From the NCBI GenBank assembly GCA_937864195.1, contig CALMJG010000020.1:945-64944 (forward strand): DNA of 64,000 nucleotides, written 5' to 3'. The position numbers and the translations under genes are program-made. This stretch comes from an uncultured Novosphingobium sp. (GTDB lineage Bacteria; Pseudomonadota; Alphaproteobacteria; Sphingomonadales; Sphingomonadaceae). The notes beneath the pieces were generated by a model, which was not told the DNA's origin, ran no database searches, and saw only the letters and a program-made list of their open reading frames with translations. This document shows, in pieces, positions 62,616-64,000 of this stretch (its first letter is position 1; each line of letters begins with the position of its first letter).

Positions 62616-64000
62616 ATGACCACGACCAGCGCCACCAGCAGCATCGTCGCCTCGCTCGGCGGGGGCAGCGGGATCGACATGGCGGGCCTTGCCACCAGTC
62701 TGGCCGAAGCCAGCTTCGCCGCGCGCAAGGACCGGCTGACCACTCGCTCGGACACGCTGGAACGGCAGATTTCCGCCGCCTCGAACCTCAAGTCGATGAT
62801 CCTCCAGCTGGCCAGTTCGGTCGGGGACCGGGTCCGCAGCGGCGACGTTTCGACCCAGCCGAGCATCGCCAACAGCGCGGTCGCCAGCGTCAGCCGGGGC
62901 GTGGCGAGTGGCAGCGGCTCCTATTCACTGGAGGTTACCCAACTGGCCGCAGGGCAGACCCTGACCGGCCCCGCCTATGCCGCCGGCACCGCGCCGACCG
63001 GATCGGGCACGCTGACCCTGCGCTTCGGGACCATTTCGGGCAGCACCTTTGCGGAGGACACGGCCCGCAGTCCGGCGGCGATCACCATTCCCAGCGGCGC
63101 CACGCTGGCCCAGGTCGCCGGCGCGATCAATGCGGCGAACACGGGGGTCAGCGCCTATGTCGCGCAAGGAGCAGACGGCGCGCACCTGATGCTGAAAGGC
63201 AGCGAGGGATCCGCCAACGGCTTCATCCTGGAAGCCAGCGAGACCCCCGGCGAGAAAGGTCTGGCCGCCCTCGCCTGGACCCCGGCCGCCGCGCCGGAAC
63301 GCCTGAAGGCGACTGCGCAGAGCGCCGAGTTCAAGCTTGACGGGCTGGCCATGACCAGTGCCTCCAACAAGATCAGCGACCTGGTGCCGGGGCTGAGCCT
63401 GGCCCTGACCGGCACCAATGCGGGCGCGCCGACCACGATCCGGTTCAGCGAACCGACCGCCGCCGCGACCAGCTTCATGCAGGACCTCACCTCCGCGCTC
63501 AACGAACTGGCGGCAGAGCTGGGCAAGGGGGTCGATCCCCGCACCGGCGATCTCGCCCGCGACAGCGGCGCCCGCACGCTGCGCCGCACGATGTCGCAGC
63601 TGGCGGGCAGCACGATAATGCCGGGCGCCGCGCCGGGCCAGCCCGCGACGCTGGCGGACCTGGGCCTTGCCACCAACCGCGACGGCACGTTCCGGCTCGA
63701 TACCGCGCGGCTGTCCGCCACGCTCAAGGCTTCTCCCGAAGGGGTGGCGGCGATGTTCACCACCGGAATTCGCGGGGTCTATGCCTCGCTCGACCGGATC
63801 GCGCGCAGCGCCGCCTCGACGCTCGACCCCGGCTCGCTGGGCGCCTCGGTGGCGCGCTATTCCAGCCAGCAGGCGCGGATCTCGGAAGACCAGACCAGGC
63901 TGACCGAGGCGCAGGAGAAGCTGCGCTCGACCCTGACCGCGCGCTTCGCCCAGACCGACACCCGCGTCGGGGCCTCGCGCTCGACGCTCAGCTTCCTCCA
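62616..64000 (+). CDS. fliD: Flagellar filament cap protein FliD (5' partial, runs off the window)
   Basis: Not in the ORF track because there is no stop in the window. Hand translation from ATG 62616: MTTTSATSSIVASLGGGSGIDMAGLATSLAEASFAARKDRLTTRSDTLERQISAASNLKSMILQL…. The frame stays open to 64000. FliD-like N-terminus and …FKLDGLAMTSASNKISDLVPGLSLAL…. Confidence 0.8.
   Translation, partial: MTTTSATSSIVASLGGGSGIDMAGLATSLAEASFAARKDRLTTRSDTLERQISAASNLKSMILQLASSVGDRVRSGDVSTQPSIANSAVASVSRGVASGSGSYSLEVTQLAAGQTLTGPAYAAGTAPTGSGTLTLRFGTISGSTFAEDTARSPAAITIPSGATLAQVAGAINAANTGVSAYVAQGADGAHLMLKGSEGSANGFILEASETPGEKGLAALAWTPAAAPERLKATAQSAEFKLDGLAMTSASNKISDLVPGLSLALTGTNAGAPTTIRFSEPTAAATSFMQDLTSALNELAAELGKGVDPRTGDLARDSGARTLRRTMSQLAGSTIMPGAAPGQPATLADLGLATNRDGTFRLDTARLSATLKASPEGVAAMFTTGIRGVYASLDRIARSAASTLDPGSLGASVARYSSQQARISEDQTRLTEAQEKLRSTLTARFAQTDTRVGASRSTLSFL

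Overview
Very GC-rich bacterial chromosomal window. The gene content and order look alphaproteobacterial, probably Sphingomonadales-like; this is inference and no search was run. I see three blocks.

(1) 1-17.4 kb, housekeeping and accessory genes: nudC, a Tat-exported serine hydrolase, mutY, DUF721, three tandem DsbA-like oxidoreductases and smc. Then soxR with a near-canonical SoxR box driving a VOC-fold protein plus an arylamine N-acetyltransferase. Then an SRAP peptidase, a lipoprotein, ubiA, a thiolase-fold protein plus SDR, and a ligAB-type extradiol dioxygenase.

(2) 17.5-28.4 kb, a microaerobic respiration block, all on the minus strand and mostly joined by overlapping stop/start codons: ccoNOQP, ccoGHIS, an unannotated 85-aa Cys/His/Met-rich ORF, and hemN. 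FNR/FixK-type boxes lie in the ccoN/ompW divergent region, and an FnrL-type regulator is next door.

(3) 28.5-64 kb, a nearly complete flagellar regulon. Minus strand: fliA, flhA, an SLT-type lytic transglycosylase, flgN, flgM, flgA, and an atypical MotA/ExbB-like plus MotB-like pair. Plus strand: flgBCDEFGHIJKL, motAB, then (after the insert) a sigma-54 activator, fliEFGHIJKLMNOPQR, flhB and the 5' part of fliD; fliC sits on the minus strand. A DJ-1/GST-like/glpK insert interrupts the regulon.

I could read two near-identical sigma-54 promoters and a coherent four-member sigma-28-type motif (TTAA-N15-GCCGYTCT). I recognised no rRNA, tRNA, CRISPR array, transposase or integrase.

Most interesting observations:
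- A second stator-like pair whose B subunit lacks a peptidoglycan-binding domain, under a sigma-28-type promoter.
- A shared ~80-nt hairpin-containing leader at the 5' ends of the unrelated flgH and flgI genes.
- A very compact FlgD/FlgE pair.
- A long perfect-hairpin repeat family with a compensatory arm substitution, one copy sitting inside the fliP-fliQ junction.
- An 85-aa ORF translationally coupled to ccoS.
- A SoxR-controlled VOC/NAT module.
- A 3 x 22-bp tandem repeat plus palindrome upstream of ligAB.

All coordinates were derived by hand from the sequence and the ORF track. The ORF track uses alternative start codons, so several starts were trimmed.
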